Source: Escherichia coli (lineage in GTDB: Bacteria > Pseudomonadota > Gammaproteobacteria > Enterobacterales > Enterobacteriaceae). From it: DNA of 64,000 nt. Below are positions 11,252 to 23,817 of this stretch, in pieces. The first letter of the stretch is position 1; every line of letters begins with the position of its first letter. A program made the position numbers and the translations under genes. The notes beneath the pieces were generated by a model, which worked only from the letters and a program-made list of their open reading frames with translations, was not told where the DNA came from and did not search any database. The DNA lies in assembly GCF_013315695.1 (NCBI RefSeq), contig NZ_CP054353.1. The stretch is one strand, 5' to 3'.

Positions 11252-11342
11252 GTGACTCCTCCGGCAAAGCGGAAGTTTATCACTTGTGCGTTATAACGGA
11301 CAAATGCTACGGTACCTGTACGCTATAACGCACGAGGTGACC

Positions 11343-12515
11343 ATGCGTCTGTTTTCTATTCCTCCACCCACGCTACTGGCGGGGTTTCTGGCGGTATTAA
11401 TTGGCTACGCCAGTTCAGCGGCAATAATCTGGCAAGCAGCGATTGTCGCCGGAGCCACCACTGCACAAATCTCTGGCTGGATGACGGCGCTGGGGCTGGC
11501 AATGGGCGTCAGTACGCTGACTCTGACATTATGGTATCGCGTACCTGTTCTCACTGCATGGTCAACGCCTGGCGCGGCTTTGTTGGTCACCGGATTGCAG
11601 GGACTAACACTTAACGAAGCCATCGGCGTTTTTATTGTCACCAACGCGTTAATAGTCCTCTGCGGCATAACGGGACTCTTTGCTCGTCTGATGCGCATTA
11701 TTCCGCACTCGCTTGCGGCGGCAATGCTTGCCGGGATTTTATTACGCTTTGGTTTACAGGCGTTTGCGAGCCTGGATGGTCAATTTACGTTGTGTGGCAG
11801 TATGTTGCTGGTATGGCTGGCAACCAGGGCCGTTGAGCCGCGCTATGCGGTAATTGCCGCGATGATTATTGGGGTCGTGATCGTTATCGCGCAAGGTGAC
11901 GTTGTCACAACTGATGTTGTCTTTAAACCCGTTCTCCCCACTTATATTAGCCCTGATTTTTCGTTTGCTCACAGCCTGAGCGTTGCACTCCCCCTTTTTC
12001 TGGTGACGATGTCATCGCAAAACGCACCGGGTATCGCAGCAATGAAAGCAGCCGGGTATTCGGCTCCTGTTTCGCCGTTGATTGTGTTTACTGGATTGCT
12101 GGCACTGGTTTTTTCCCCTTTCGGCGTTTATTCCGTCGGTATTGCGGCAATCACCGCGGCTATTTGCCAAAGCCCGGAAGCGCATCCGGATAAAGATCAA
12201 CGTTGGCTGGCCGCTGCCGTTGCAGGCATTTTCTATTTGCTCGCAGGTCTGTTTGGTAGTGCCATTACCGGGATGATGGCTGCCCTGCCCGTAAGTTGGA
12301 TCCAGATGCTGGCAGGTCTGGCGCTGTTGAGTACCATTGGCGGCAGTTTGTATCAGGCGCTGCATAATGAGCGTGAGCGCGACGCGGCGGTGGTGGCATT
12401 TCTGGTAACGGCAAGTGGATTGACGCTGGTCGGGATTGGTTCTGCGTTTTGGGGATTAATTGCCGGAGGCGTTTGTTACGTGGTGTTGAATTTAATCGCT
12501 GACAGAAACCGATAA
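11343..12515 (+). CDS. ydcO: BenE-family inner membrane transporter
   Basis: Multi-pass membrane ORF; start set at MRLFSIPPP inside the longer track ORF 11286..12515. Confidence 0.8.
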   Translation: MRLFSIPPPTLLAGFLAVLIGYASSAAIIWQAAIVAGATTAQISGWMTALGLAMGVSTLTLTLWYRVPVLTAWSTPGAALLVTGLQGLTLNEAIGVFIVTNALIVLCGITGLFARLMRIIPHSLAAAMLAGILLRFGLQAFASLDGQFTLCGSMLLVWLATRAVEPRYAVIAAMIIGVVIVIAQGDVVTTDVVFKPVLPTYISPDFSFAHSLSVALPLFLVTMSSQNAPGIAAMKAAGYSAPVSPLIVFTGLLALVFSPFGVYSVGIAAITAAICQSPEAHPDKDQRWLAAAVAGIFYLLAGLFGSAITGMMAALPVSWIQMLAGLALLSTIGGSLYQALHNERERDAAVVAFLVTASGLTLVGIGSAFWGLIAGGVCYVVLNLIADRNR

Positions 12516-12516
12516 T

Positions 12517-12541
12517 AAAAAGCGCCATCTAACGATGGCGC
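12517..12541. terminator. Bidirectional stem-loop between convergent ydcO and ydcL
   Basis: AAAAA GCGCCATC TAAC GATGGCGC; T-run on minus strand. Confidence 0.5.
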
Positions 12542-12549
12542 GGCTGGAA

Positions 12550-13218
12550 TTACTTTTTGTTAACGTCAAACATGGTGGCATCGGTCGCCATGTCATCAAT
12601 AACTTGTTTAATATTTTCGAAAGCCATTGGCGTACTTTCGTTATTCAGGTCTTTACCTTCGCCCTGACGAACGACTTTGATAACCGGTTTATTAGTCGCT
12701 GCATCAATCAGCTCACCTTCAAAATAGAGGCGAGTATCCATGGTACGGTGGCCTGTAGCCATTTGCGTCCCCGCAACCACTAATGCAACAGGAACCACTT
12801 CATAGAATTGCAGCCCTTCTTTGCTGGTATCTACACCGGTAATGGCCCCACGGAAAATCAGACTACGCGGCCCAGCGGTGGTAACCAGTGGTTTACGCTG
12901 CGCTATCGCTTCTTTCATTTCGGTGTTGGTATAGTTCAAAATTTTATCCAGAACTTTCTGCCCTACCTGGGTAGAAGGTTTTGGTACCGGATAATAAGTG
13001 ATTGGGTTCCAGACGATGCTGTCATATTTGCTTTGATCAAAACTCGGGTCTACCCAACGTAAAACAGGTTTACCTGTTGCTGAGGTTGTTTCTTTTAAAT
13101 CAGAGTAATTGTTTAAAAAACCAGAATATTTATCTGGCTGGGTGATTTTAGAGGCACAACCAGACAGAGCCAACAAGCCGCATAAAGCTGCAACTTTCGC
13201 AAATGATGTGGTACGCAT
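12550..13218 (-). CDS. ydcL: Lipoprotein YdcL (222 aa)
   Basis: Lipobox LALSGC near N terminus; synteny. Confidence 0.8.
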   Translation of the reverse strand: MRTTSFAKVAALCGLLALSGCASKITQPDKYSGFLNNYSDLKETTSATGKPVLRWVDPSFDQSKYDSIVWNPITYYPVPKPSTQVGQKVLDKILNYTNTEMKEAIAQRKPLVTTAGPRSLIFRGAITGVDTSKEGLQFYEVVPVALVVAGTQMATGHRTMDTRLYFEGELIDAATNKPVIKVVRQGEGKDLNNESTPMAFENIKQVIDDMATDATMFDVNKK

Positions 13219-13520
13219 GAATAGTTTCCTGAGATGATTATATTACTTTTTAAGTTATAGCAAAAAGCACCGCTTCGTGTTGTGGCAAAAAAAGTGTTGG
13301 TGAAAATAAATTTTTCAGCCCCTTTTCAGACGACATAGTCAATGCCGAAAAAGGGGCTAAGTCAATCATCAGTAGTTAAATATCAGTGCGTTAATCTGAT
13401 GAAAAACTTCGACTACCGTGATTAATTTCACATCCTTTTGATTAAAAATATGCTTACCGAAAAGAAGAACAGTAAACCATCTCAGCGTGGGGAATTTTCA
13501 CGCGCTTTGTTCTTACCGGA

Positions 13521-14114
13521 TCATTTTTTACGTGCCAGCATCGTGGCGAAACGCAGTTTAATACGATTACCGTTGGCGTCGGTGCGGTGCAGCTCGCCGA
13601 CGTCTTCATTGTATTTCACCCTCTCCCAGCCTTCGTAATATCGACGTAATTCTCCCTCTTTGAAGGCAAACGGGAAGCCGACGGTACATGGATAATCAGC
13701 GGTATCCATCGCCGCCACAATCAGGTTGTAACCACCAGGTTTAGTGCAACGTTGCATATTGGCAATCAGCCCTGGGATGGTTTTAGCCTCAAGGAACATC
13801 AGCACCACAGTCGAAAGAATAAAATCGTACTGTCCATCAAATGTGAGGTTATTCAGATCAACGACCCGAGTGTGTAAATTATCCAGATTTTCAATAGATT
13901 TAATGCGCTCAACGTTGGCGATACTCATGGCATTTTTATCCCATGCGTCAACATCATAACCATTGGCTGCCAGGTAAAGACTGTTACGACCATTGCCACA
14001 GCCCAGATCCAGCGTTTTACCCGGTTTAACCACTTTCACCGATTCCAGTACTTCAGAGTGTGTGCGGGTTAATTCATATTTATCAGTAAAATAGTTTTCG
14101 TCACGAATGATCAT
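13521..14114 (-). CDS. tehB: Tellurite resistance SAM-dependent methyltransferase (197 aa)
   Basis: SAM-binding motif [15 protein letters not shown]; recognised TehB. Confidence 0.9.
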   Translation of the reverse strand: MIIRDENYFTDKYELTRTHSEVLESVKVVKPGKTLDLGCGNGRNSLYLAANGYDVDAWDKNAMSIANVERIKSIENLDNLHTRVVDLNNLTFDGQYDFILSTVVLMFLEAKTIPGLIANMQRCTKPGGYNLIVAAMDTADYPCTVGFPFAFKEGELRRYYEGWERVKYNEDVGELHRTDANGNRIKLRFATMLARKK

Positions 14115-15103
14115 TCTTTGTCCTCTGCTTTCATTAAAACGGCGCGCTCGGTTCTGACTAACAATTTTCCCTGCATCAGAAGCGCAAAAGTACGGATGAG
14201 CAGTATTGCAATAATAAAATTGGTAAAGATAAACAGCGGCACCGCCAGCGTATGGAAAAATCCATTATCGCTGCCACTCCCCAGATGCAAACCGGTGGTT
14301 GCCAGTGCAGATACGCCGAACGAGAAACTCCAGAATGAAGCATTAAATGGCTGGGAGAGATACCATGGCATCAGACGTAGCATAAACAGCAGTTGCAGCA
14401 GTCCATAACCGAAAAGCATTTTCGCCAGCGTGTCACCCTCGCCGCCGTTGACGCTCAGCCAGGCACTACAGGCCACCAGCGCAGGAGCGAGCTGAATGCC
14501 GAGTGATGTCCTCAGTGCCGTGGGTAATTCTCCCGAACTGCGCAGACGCTGCAAGATCACCGGTTCCAGGCTTAGCCATGAGAAAACGCCTGCGCCTAAA
14601 AACACCAGACCGGCGTCGGTGTAGCCCAACGCACCACAGGCCATTGCGCTGATAAAGTTGTTGGCAACTGTCGGCAGATACAGTCCAGGCGTGGTAGCTT
14701 CTTCAGGGTGAGATCCGCGCCATAATCCCGCAGTTTGCCAGGCGGCATAAGCCAACTGAACCACGACACCAAAACTGAACAGGCACACCGCCAGTGGGCG
14801 AAACCACGGAACAAAACCAATCGCCACCAGCATCGTCGTTGCCGGAAACAAACTCACAAAACTGCTCAGCACTGGATGGCGCACTTCTGCCAGCACGCTA
14901 TGCGGAAAGCGTATGAGTCGGGTAATAAATGCGCCAGTCAATAATCCCCAGATGATCATCGCCAGAATCACCAGCCCATCCCCCAACCAGTGGCTGACCT
15001 GCCAAACCTGGCTGGCATAGCGCCAGGCAAATCCCATCCCTATCGTCCCCAACACAATACCAAAGTAGCCTGCCGGCAAATTGAGCACTTTATCGCTCTG
15101 CAT
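14111..15103 (-). CDS. tehA: Tellurite resistance membrane protein TehA (330 aa)
   Basis: Start set at [15 protein letters not shown] within longer ORF 14111..15211; 4-bp overlap with tehB. Confidence 0.85.
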   Translation of the reverse strand: MQSDKVLNLPAGYFGIVLGTIGMGFAWRYASQVWQVSHWLGDGLVILAMIIWGLLTGAFITRLIRFPHSVLAEVRHPVLSSFVSLFPATTMLVAIGFVPWFRPLAVCLFSFGVVVQLAYAAWQTAGLWRGSHPEEATTPGLYLPTVANNFISAMACGALGYTDAGLVFLGAGVFSWLSLEPVILQRLRSSGELPTALRTSLGIQLAPALVACSAWLSVNGGEGDTLAKMLFGYGLLQLLFMLRLMPWYLSQPFNASFWSFSFGVSALATTGLHLGSGSDNGFFHTLAVPLFIFTNFIIAILLIRTFALLMQGKLLVRTERAVLMKAEDKE

Positions 15104-15226
15104 CTTCTTACTCATTTTGTTTAATTTATAAAGTATATTTGAAATGCATTTTATGGAATTTTCTCGAGCATAGCCAGAGCCGCAGAATTTGCTACGGTTA
15201 TAGTAAGTCACCTGTGGGAAAACGCT

Positions 15227-16207
15227 ATGCGCAAATATCGTCTAAGTGAAGAACAGCGAGCCTTTAGTTATCAGGAAGATGGCACTAAAAAAAATGTGTT
15301 ATTACGGCAGATTATCGCCATTAGCGATTTTAACGATGTGATAGCAGGAACCGCTGGCGGCTGGATCGATCGCGAAACGGTGTTAGCACAGGAAGGAAAT
15401 TGCTGGATTTACGACCAGAATGCTATTGCGTTCGGCGGAACGGTGATTTCCGGGAATACGCGTATCACCGGCACCAGCGTGCTGTGGGGAGAGGTTTACG
15501 CAACGGATAATGTCTGGATCGATAATAGTGAAATCAGCCAGGGTGCATATATAAGTGACAGTGTCACCATTAGTGACTCATTAGTTTGCGGTCAATGTAG
15601 AATATTTGGTCACGCCTTAATTGATCAACATTCTATGATCGTCGCCGCACAAGGCTTAACGCCCGACCATCAACTCCTGCTACAAATTTATGATCGCGCG
15701 AGGGTTAGCGCCTCGCGGATTGTCCACCAGGCACAAATTTATGGCGATGCCGTCGTCCGGTATGCTTTTATTGAACATCGCGCCGAAGTTTTTGATTTTG
15801 CCAGTATTGAGGGTAATGAAGAGAACAACGTCTGGCTATGCGATTGTGCTAAAGTCTACGGTCACGCGCAGGTGAAAGCTGGCATAGAAGAAGATGCCAT
15901 TCCGACGATTCATTACAGTTCGCAGGTGGCGGAATATGCCATTGTGGAAGGTAATTGTGTGTTAAAACATCATGTCTTGATTGGCGGAAATGCCGTGGTA
16001 CGTGGCGGACCGATTCTGCTCGACGAGCACGTTGTCATACAAGGTGAGAGCCGTATTACAGGTGCGGTGATAATTGAAAACCATGTGGAGTTAACCGACC
16101 ACGCCGTCGTTGAAGCCTTTGATGGCGACACGGTTCATGTCCGTGGTCCAAAAGTCATTAACGGCGAGGAGCGCATTACGCGAACGCCGCTGGCAGGGTT
16201 ATTGTGA
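15227..16207 (+). CDS. ydcK: Uncharacterised protein YdcK (326 aa)
   Basis: Repetitive beta-helix-like sequence; synteny. Confidence 0.8.
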   Translation: MRKYRLSEEQRAFSYQEDGTKKNVLLRQIIAISDFNDVIAGTAGGWIDRETVLAQEGNCWIYDQNAIAFGGTVISGNTRITGTSVLWGEVYATDNVWIDNSEISQGAYISDSVTISDSLVCGQCRIFGHALIDQHSMIVAAQGLTPDHQLLLQIYDRARVSASRIVHQAQIYGDAVVRYAFIEHRAEVFDFASIEGNEENNVWLCDCAKVYGHAQVKAGIEEDAIPTIHYSSQVAEYAIVEGNCVLKHHVLIGGNAVVRGGPILLDEHVVIQGESRITGAVIIENHVELTDHAVVEAFDGDTVHVRGPKVINGEERITRTPLAGLL

Positions 16208-16738
16208 ATCGATAATACGCGCGTATAAGTTCACATCATCATAGGCATCATTCAGAAACTCAGCCTGTTTCAGGCAACCTTCAAGGATAAAACCATTGCG
16301 CAAAGCGACCTGGTTGCTTTGCGGATTGTCCACCCGACATTTGATCACGAAGCGTCTAAGTTCACCAGACTGAGCGTAATGATGAATCAATGCCTGCAGC
16401 GCCTGAGAAATGATCCCCTGCCCCTGATGAGATTCGTCCAGCCAGTAGCCGATTTCAGCGGTTTTATTCAGTGGTTCAATACGATTAAACGAGATAACGC
16501 CGATAAGTTCATCTTCTTTGAAAATCATGAACATTTTGGCATATCCGCGTTGATGCAACATTACATTGCCCTGCACCGTTTTTCGCGTGTCCTCTTCACT
16601 TTGAACAAACTGCGGCCAGTTTAGCGACTGCTGTAGCCAGGTTCTATTTTTACAGATTAACTGATAAAGAGGTGTGACATGACTTTCTGCAACAGCATGT
16701 AATTCAAGTGATTCACTTACTTTTATCGTTTCGGTCAT
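16199..16738 (-). CDS. rimL: Ribosomal-protein-serine acetyltransferase RimL (179 aa)
   Basis: GNAT-fold sequence; start set at [14 protein letters not shown]. Confidence 0.85.
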   Translation of the reverse strand: MTETIKVSESLELHAVAESHVTPLYQLICKNRTWLQQSLNWPQFVQSEEDTRKTVQGNVMLHQRGYAKMFMIFKEDELIGVISFNRIEPLNKTAEIGYWLDESHQGQGIISQALQALIHHYAQSGELRRFVIKCRVDNPQSNQVALRNGFILEGCLKQAEFLNDAYDDVNLYARIIDSQ

Positions 16739-16800
16739 CTTATCTCCAGTCACTCCATGCAGTTGTTAAAAAAGCCGCCTGGCTGGCGGCTTAGGAAAGT

Positions 16801-17025
16801 TTACACCTCTTTGACGCTCTCCTGCTGCAGGATTTTGAGCATCTCATCTTTTAACTGTAGCTTTTGTTTTTTCATGCGGACCACTTCCGCATTGTACCCT
16901 CGACCGTCGGAACCTTCCTTTCTGGCAATTTCATGATCAAGTTTATTGTGTTTATCGAACAAGGACATAAAGCGAGGATTTTCGTTTTTCAGACGGGATA
17001 TTAAATCTCGATATTCTGGAAACAT
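16801..17025 (-). CDS. ydcH: Small protein YdcH (74 aa)
   Basis: Start set at MFPEYRDLISRLKNENPRFM; stem-loop downstream. Confidence 0.75.
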   Translation of the reverse strand: MFPEYRDLISRLKNENPRFMSLFDKHNKLDHEIARKEGSDGRGYNAEVVRMKKQKLQLKDEMLKILQQESVKEV

Positions 17026-17164
17026 ACGCACTCCCTGTTAGTGGCTGACAAGGTGTATCTGAAATACACACCATCAGATTACTCATTTAACTTAGGGAAA
17101 AATGCGAGCGGGATCGTGTTTAACCAGACGGCACCTCCCGAAGAAGGTGCCGAAGAAAAAACGA

Positions 17165-18820
17165 TTAACTCATCACGCGGTCGTCAACATACTGACGTTT
17201 ATCGGGCGCTGGCGGGAAATACTGATACAGCCATGTTTCACTGATAGCGTCGCCCTGACAACGCAGATACATCCGCATATCGACCGGATCAGTGGAGTCC
17301 GAAGTCGGATACCAGTCAAACTGAATACGATAACCATCAATGGGTTCAATATAGAGAATTTCGATTTGCTTCGCTTCCCCACTGGAAAGCGTAATCACCG
17401 GCTCAATGCCTTTTGGCGCGGCAGCTTTCAGATCACCACCAACGAAATCGACGGCAAAACGACGCGCCCATTTTTCGGGATAGTGTTCACCTGGAGCCCA
17501 ACCTTCCGGGAAACCACCCATGCCGGTACGCGTCGCCATAACGCGCGCTAATGGGCAATGAACAGGCGGTTGCGCACTCCAGTACAGACGATACTGGAAT
17601 GCAAACTCATCACCCGCTTTTACAGCTTTTTCTGGCTGCCAGAAGCAGACAATGTTATCCAGCGTTTCGCCCGTTGTTGGGATTTCCATCAGGCCGATGG
17701 TGCCCTTACCCCACTTGTTACGCGGTTCCACCCACAGACTTGGGCGTTTGTTATACCAGCCCATAATGTCCTGATAATGGGAGAAATCACGATCCAGTTG
17801 CAATAAACCAAACCCTTTCGGGTTGTTGTCGGTGTAAGCATTGAACTGCAATTTTTGCGGATTGTTCAGCGGACGACAAATCCACTCGCCGTTGCCCCGC
17901 CACATGGACAAACGATCAGAGTCATGGATTTGCGGATGAATGGTGTCGCACATCCGACGTTCATTAGTACCGCAGCTGAACATACTGGTCATCGGCGCAA
18001 TGCCCAGCTGTTTAATGTCTTTGCGCGCATACAGGTGATTTTCCACATCCATAATCACCTGACTTTTCTCGCAATGGATAGTGAACTTATAGGCACCAGT
18101 AATGCTGGCGCTATCGAGCAACGCATAAACGGTAAAGGTGGTTGCCCCCGGTTTTACCGTATCAAACCAGAAGGCGGTAAAGTCGGGGAACTCTTCTTTA
18201 CTGTCGGTGTAAGTGTCGATCGCCAGGCCGCGAGCCGATAGACCGTATTGATATGTGTCGTCAACGGCGCGGAAATAACTCGCACCGAGGAATGATACGA
18301 CATCACGGCGCGCCAGTTCGGGGGCTTTAAACACGCGAAAACCGGCAAAACCGAGATCGCTTTGCCCTTCTAATTGTTTGGTATCAACACCCGCATCGTT
18401 GTATTTGAACAACTCCGGGCGAAAGTGAATTTCACGCGCCAGATGTGTTGCGGGATCTACAGAAAACATACGAACGCGGCGACGGAATCCCATTCCCATA
18501 TGGAAGAACTGAGCGTCCAGTTGACGGTTCTCAACGTTATGCCAGAGCGATTTTTCGGCGTCGTATTGAATACTGTTATAAGCCTGCGGCGTCATTGTCG
18601 CCAGAGTGTCAGGTAACGGACGCGGCGCACCACGCCACGCTGTTTGCGCTAAGTCGTGCGCCATTGACTGTAGAATGGAGAAGTCAAAACGCTGGGTTTG
18701 CCCGTCGGCAATATCAGAATCTGCCGCGAATGCCGCCTGAGAAAAAAGAGAAGCAATGCCGCTGGTACCGCACACGGCGGCCATAGCCATTGAACCTTTA
18801 ATAAATCGTCTACGATCCAT
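17165..18820 (-). CDS. opgD: Glucans biosynthesis protein D (551 aa), Tat-exported
   Basis: Twin-arginine motif [10 protein letters not shown]; recognised OpgD/MdoD. Confidence 0.9.
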   Translation of the reverse strand: MDRRRFIKGSMAMAAVCGTSGIASLFSQAAFAADSDIADGQTQRFDFSILQSMAHDLAQTAWRGAPRPLPDTLATMTPQAYNSIQYDAEKSLWHNVENRQLDAQFFHMGMGFRRRVRMFSVDPATHLAREIHFRPELFKYNDAGVDTKQLEGQSDLGFAGFRVFKAPELARRDVVSFLGASYFRAVDDTYQYGLSARGLAIDTYTDSKEEFPDFTAFWFDTVKPGATTFTVYALLDSASITGAYKFTIHCEKSQVIMDVENHLYARKDIKQLGIAPMTSMFSCGTNERRMCDTIHPQIHDSDRLSMWRGNGEWICRPLNNPQKLQFNAYTDNNPKGFGLLQLDRDFSHYQDIMGWYNKRPSLWVEPRNKWGKGTIGLMEIPTTGETLDNIVCFWQPEKAVKAGDEFAFQYRLYWSAQPPVHCPLARVMATRTGMGGFPEGWAPGEHYPEKWARRFAVDFVGGDLKAAAPKGIEPVITLSSGEAKQIEILYIEPIDGYRIQFDWYPTSDSTDPVDMRMYLRCQGDAISETWLYQYFPPAPDKRQYVDDRVMS

Positions 18821-19044
18821 ACCTGAAAGTGAGTCCTTCTGGTGTTGTGAATGGTCCCGCGCTGAACGTTTTCAGCGGCAAGAAAGTGCTTATTTATGAC
18901 CGCTCACTCTAGACAATATTTATTAATAATCCAATTGTTGAACTGAGAGAATATGCATAAATCGGCAATTTTTTTATGTCGATGGGATGAGCCTGATTCG
19001 TTTGTAAAATCAGGCAAATTTTTGCAAAGGCGGATGGTCAGAAT

Positions 19045-20388
19045 TTAAAGCAAACCACAGCGACGTTTACTGCGTTCTTCCGCTTCCTGATAAAGCTGGA
19101 ACTCATCCAAAACCGGGCAGCCCAACGCCTGCTCAAATGCTTCGCGACTGGCATTACCGTGACTGCGTGCCTGCGTTTCATTACCCAGATTTGACTGGAA
19201 GATCCCCGCCGCGCTAACAGGCAAGAAATCTTCATAGGTAATGGGTTGCGCCACTACCCAACCACGTTCAATTAAGGGCTGTGGATCGTCTCCGGGATGA
19301 ATCGCCTGACGATGCGCCTCACCTGAAGGCGTCAGACGGTACCGGAACCATGCCAACCCTTGCTGACGCATTAAAAACTCACTGTCAGGAAAAGTGCGGA
19401 AGGTTTCCTGTAAATGCATTTGGTGAGTGAGATTATCCTGCCCGGTTCCAGCGTTCCGCAGTAGATCATCATACAGTTGTCGTCCTTTCGGCGTTAATGC
19501 CACGCCACGCTGCTCTATTTCACCAAAGCGCGCGGTATGCGTGCCCTGTTTCTGCCCTGCAAACAACACCGTCTCTTCCAGTGCTTTAAAGCTGGTCTGG
19601 CGTAGTAAAATAGGTACCTCGCGGCGCGGCGGCCCTTCGATCAGAATTTTGGGTTCAATCCCGCATTCAGGCATCATCGACTGCACCCGGTCAATATCCA
19701 GCGTACGTGGCGTCAGGTGGTTGATATGGCATCCAGGAAAACAGACCACATCAGCAATCAACCGATGTTCGTTGTGCAAGGCGCGATAGGTTTCTTCATC
19801 TACCGTTGCTGACTGGTGCCAACGAAACGTTTCCAGGGCTTCCTGCACAAACTCCTGTGCCTGTGTTTCGTTAAAACCGCCCCGCTGCTCATACTCCTCT
19901 AACAGTTGTCGACAACGTGGGGTGAAGATATCGCGCTGACGCAGAATCTCCGCCGCTTTCTGGCGCAAAAATTCGTTCTCGATAAGCTCAAGGCGGAGTA
20001 ATGAGGTAAAAACGCGGAAGGGATTACGCGCCAGAGAAGCATCATCAATGGGCCGAAATGCTGTGGAATGTACCGGCACTCCCGCCTGCGAGAGATCGTA
20101 ATAGCTCACCGGGTACATCCCCATAATGGCAAACATCCGCCGAAGAGTAGCAAGCTCTTGTGCAGTCCCAACACGAATCGCCCCATGACGTTCAACATTC
20201 AGTCGCGCCAGCTCGTCTGCATTTACCATTTTTTCGTGCAGTTGAGGATTGTTTTCCAGCACAGCCAGATTCACATCAGCTACCAGTTCCAGCAGCGTGC
20301 CGTACTGCGGAACTTCTTGCTGGTACATGGCTGACATTGCCTGCGAAAACTGTTCCCGAATCTCATCCGCCGTGATGCTGTTCGCCAT
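19045..20388 (-). CDS. ydcJ: Uncharacterised protein YdcJ (447 aa)
   Basis: ORF and synteny. Confidence 0.8.
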   Translation of the reverse strand: MANSITADEIREQFSQAMSAMYQQEVPQYGTLLELVADVNLAVLENNPQLHEKMVNADELARLNVERHGAIRVGTAQELATLRRMFAIMGMYPVSYYDLSQAGVPVHSTAFRPIDDASLARNPFRVFTSLLRLELIENEFLRQKAAEILRQRDIFTPRCRQLLEEYEQRGGFNETQAQEFVQEALETFRWHQSATVDEETYRALHNEHRLIADVVCFPGCHINHLTPRTLDIDRVQSMMPECGIEPKILIEGPPRREVPILLRQTSFKALEETVLFAGQKQGTHTARFGEIEQRGVALTPKGRQLYDDLLRNAGTGQDNLTHQMHLQETFRTFPDSEFLMRQQGLAWFRYRLTPSGEAHRQAIHPGDDPQPLIERGWVVAQPITYEDFLPVSAAGIFQSNLGNETQARSHGNASREAFEQALGCPVLDEFQLYQEAEERSKRRCGLL

Positions 20389-20604
20389 AGTGTCTGCCTC
20401 CAGTGGTCAGTAATCTGGAGTGTAGGTAACCGCATTCACTCCGGCGGGAAGAATTTACAAACTGTGATCTCGCCGCGAAAACATCAATATTATCCATTTT
20501 GCTGTAACATAATTGCTTTAATTGTTAATAATATTTTGCAATCAAGTTATCATAATCAAACAACTTCACTTGTCAGCGACACCGCTTCGTTTTTAACATC
20601 GCTT

Positions 20605-21528
20605 ATGGAAAAAAATAGTCTGTTTAGTCAGCGCATCCGTTTGCGCCACCTTCATACATTCGTAGCTGTCGCACAACAAGGAACTTTGGGGCGCGCGGCT
20701 GAAACCCTTAATTTGAGTCAACCTGCGCTCTCTAAGACATTGAATGAACTGGAGCAGCTGACGGGCGCTCGCTTGTTTGAGCGTGGTCGTCAGGGGGCGC
20801 AACTTACCTTACCCGGCGAACAATTTTTAACGCATGCAGTCAGAGTTCTTGACGCCATCAACACTGCTGGACAGTCGCTTCATCGTAAAGAAGGTCTTAA
20901 TAATGATATCGTCAGGGTTGGTGCACTACCTACTGCGGCACTGGGGATATTACCTTCGGTTATAGGTCAGTTTCATCAGCAACAAAAAGAGACGACCTTG
21001 CAAGTTGCGACAATGAGTAACCCTATGATTCTGGCGGGTTTAAAAACCGGGGAAATCGATATCGGCATTGGTCGGATGTCAGATCCTGAACTGATGACCG
21101 GGCTTAATTACGAACTGCTGTTTCTTGAATCGCTGAAGCTGGTTGTCCGCCCCAATCATCCGCTACTTCAGGAGAACGTAACGCTAAGCCGGGTGCTGGA
21201 ATGGCCGGTCGTTGTATCACCAGAAGGCACTGCGCCACGCCAGCATTCAGATGCATTAGTGCAGAGCCAGGGATGTAAAATTCCTTCGGGTTGTATCGAA
21301 ACGCTGTCTGCTTCGCTATCTCGTCAACTTACGGTTGAATACGACTACGTGTGGTTTGTCCCTTCTGGCGCTGTAAAAGACGACCTGCGTCATGCCACGC
21401 TGGTGGCCCTGCCTGTTCCGGGACATGGTGCAGGCGAACCGATTGGAATACTGACCCGCGTAGATGCGACGTTCTCTTCTGGTTGCCAGTTGATGATTAA
21501 CGCTATTCGAAAATCAATGCCGTTCTGA
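20605..21528 (+). CDS. ydcI: LysR-family transcriptional regulator (307 aa)
   Basis: HTH LRHLHTFVAVAQQGTLGRAAETLNLSQPALSKTL; start set at MEKNSLF inside longer track ORF. Confidence 0.8.
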   Translation: MEKNSLFSQRIRLRHLHTFVAVAQQGTLGRAAETLNLSQPALSKTLNELEQLTGARLFERGRQGAQLTLPGEQFLTHAVRVLDAINTAGQSLHRKEGLNNDIVRVGALPTAALGILPSVIGQFHQQQKETTLQVATMSNPMILAGLKTGEIDIGIGRMSDPELMTGLNYELLFLESLKLVVRPNHPLLQENVTLSRVLEWPVVVSPEGTAPRQHSDALVQSQGCKIPSGCIETLSASLSRQLTVEYDYVWFVPSGAVKDDLRHATLVALPVPGHGAGEPIGILTRVDATFSSGCQLMINAIRKSMPF

Positions 21529-21566
21529 AAGGTGAAGGGATCTGTCGATCCCTTCCTTGAACATTT

Positions 21567-23207
21567 TCACACCGTAGCGAAACTAACTGGTTCACCCGCT
21601 CCGCGAGGTTCTGCCGACACAGTATGTTTGTTCAGACGGAATACGTCCACCGCCTCAGTTAATCGTGCCGCCTGTTCTTCAAGGGACACCGCCGCCGCTG
21701 AGGCCTCTTCTACCAGAGAAGCATTCTGTTGCGTCACCTTATCCATTTCAGAAATCGCCTGGCTAACCTGCGTTATGCCTCTACTTTGTTCATCCGAGGC
21801 GGCGGCGATTTCCTGCATGATATGTGTGACACTCGCGACGGCATCAACAATAGTGCTCATGGTTTTCCCTGCCGTTGCCACCTCATCCGACCCCAGGTCA
21901 ATTAACCTGACTGATTCACTGATCAAGCCTTCAATCTCTTTCGCCGCCTGAGCGCTGCGGCTTGCGAGTGTCCGTACTTCGCTGGCGACAACGGCAAATC
22001 CACGTCCTTGCTCACCCGCTCGCGCGGCTTCAACGGCAGCATTCAGTGCCAGAATATTCGTCTGGAAAGCAATACTGTTGATGACGGCGGTGATCTCGGA
22101 AATTTTCTTCGAACTCGTGGAGATAGCGCCCATCGTTTTTACTACACCGGAAACCGTCTGCCCGCCATCGCTGGCTTTAATAGAAGCCTCCTGCGCCAGT
22201 TTGCTGGCATGATGCGCGTTATCTGCATTCTGTTTCACCGTCGCAGTGAGTTGCTCCATGCTGGCGGCAGTTTGTTCAATTGCCGCCGCTTGTTCTTCGG
22301 TGCGAGATGAAAGGTCCGCATTGCCAGCGGAAATTTCGCTGGTGCCACGATAAATCTCTTCCGCGCCCTGTCGAACGGTCCCTACAGTCATCCCCAGTGA
22401 ATGCTGCATTTGCTGTAAATGACGACTTAAGCGACCGATTTCATTACGACCCGCCGGTTCATCATTCATCGTCAGATCGCCACTGGCGATTTTTTCAATC
22501 CGTTGTGCGGCATGTTGCAGTGGACGAATGACGATCCGACGTAGCACTATAAATGTTATCAGCGTCATGACCAGGGCAAGCACAAACGCGCCAATCATGA
22601 ACATCCCACCCAGGCGGGTGCGCTGATGGGCCAGTTCCGCCAGTTGGTTGGCTCTGGTGCTACGTATCTTAACGGCTTTGCTCAAAATATCGGTATAAGC
22701 ATTATCCAGCGGTCGGATCTGCTCACTTTCATGATTGATAATCGCTTCAAACATGCCATTTTTGGCATATTTCAACATCGGTTGCATACCCGTGATATAA
22801 GCCTGGAAGCGTTGATTTAATTCAGTGTCGAGGGCTTCATCAGCAGGTGTTTTCACCGACCGATTCTGATAAGCACGATAACCTTGCTGCGACTGTTTAA
22901 TCTCCGATTCGGCTTGCGCAATATTTCGCTTCATTGCTTCCATTTCCGCAATACGACTCGCTGCCCCGGCCTGAATCATATTGATCCGGGCTGAACGCAA
23001 AAAATCTGAACTGTTCGCTAACCCGGTCCGAATCTCAATCTCCGCAGTAACATCACGCTGATCGCGATCGGCCTGCCAGAGGAAATAGCCAGCCAGAGCA
23101 GAACTTAATGCGAATAGAACTAAGATACCGCCAAGAATGCAGGCAAATAACGGAACCAGCCTGATGTGATGCAAAAAACCTAATCGCTGTGAGGGAGTTG
23201 TATTCAT
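21567..23207 (-). CDS. trg: Methyl-accepting chemotaxis protein III (546 aa)
   Basis: MCP signalling domain with methylation-site sequence context; recognised Trg. Confidence 0.9.
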   Translation of the reverse strand: MNTTPSQRLGFLHHIRLVPLFACILGGILVLFALSSALAGYFLWQADRDQRDVTAEIEIRTGLANSSDFLRSARINMIQAGAASRIAEMEAMKRNIAQAESEIKQSQQGYRAYQNRSVKTPADEALDTELNQRFQAYITGMQPMLKYAKNGMFEAIINHESEQIRPLDNAYTDILSKAVKIRSTRANQLAELAHQRTRLGGMFMIGAFVLALVMTLITFIVLRRIVIRPLQHAAQRIEKIASGDLTMNDEPAGRNEIGRLSRHLQQMQHSLGMTVGTVRQGAEEIYRGTSEISAGNADLSSRTEEQAAAIEQTAASMEQLTATVKQNADNAHHASKLAQEASIKASDGGQTVSGVVKTMGAISTSSKKISEITAVINSIAFQTNILALNAAVEAARAGEQGRGFAVVASEVRTLASRSAQAAKEIEGLISESVRLIDLGSDEVATAGKTMSTIVDAVASVTHIMQEIAAASDEQSRGITQVSQAISEMDKVTQQNASLVEEASAAAVSLEEQAARLTEAVDVFRLNKHTVSAEPRGAGEPVSFATV

Positions 23208-23479
23208 TACCGTTGTCTCTCGTCCAGGTTTACTCCTGATAGAAAGTCATCGGCACTTGACGGTAATTACTTATGACCAAAAACCTCTTTGCGTCACATT
23301 TTTACAACAATTATGGCAGAGAAGAATAATGCCATTGGAATGAAGAGAGTAACGAACGGCTAAACCGAATGACGAAAAATTCTGGAAAACAGCACGCAAT
23401 TTCGTCAAGTGATTATTTTCGTCCCTAAGGAAACCTCATAGGATGCCTGCGGGTGCCTGAGACTTTCTGTTTTCAGGCT

Positions 23480-23538
23480 AACCGGGAATCAGAAAGACGA
23501 AGGCCCCGACCGATATTTCTATCAACCGAGGCCAACGA

Positions 23539-23545
<7 letters not shown>
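23480..23545 (-). ncRNA. sokB: Putative SokB antisense RNA (position approximate)
   Basis: Inferred from hok/sok organisation: antisense to the mokB leader; not resolved directly in sequence. Confidence 0.3.
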
Positions 23546-23746
<201 letters not shown>

Positions 23747-23817
23747 GGGCAAGCGCGGGGATTTTCCCCGCGCATCTGACTAGCGGATTCATTTTCTCAT
23801 GGCACCCCTTTTACACT

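Noticed and set aside
14111-15211. 366-aa version of tehA starting at MTYYNRSKF
   Set aside because: The extra 36 residues are not membrane-like; the start at MQSDKV gives the expected 330-aa TehA.
20464-20604. N-terminal extension of the ydcI ORF (354-aa version)
   Set aside because: The extension is AT-rich and hydrophobic and precedes the conserved LysR HTH; the start at MEKNSLF (20605) fits the family better.
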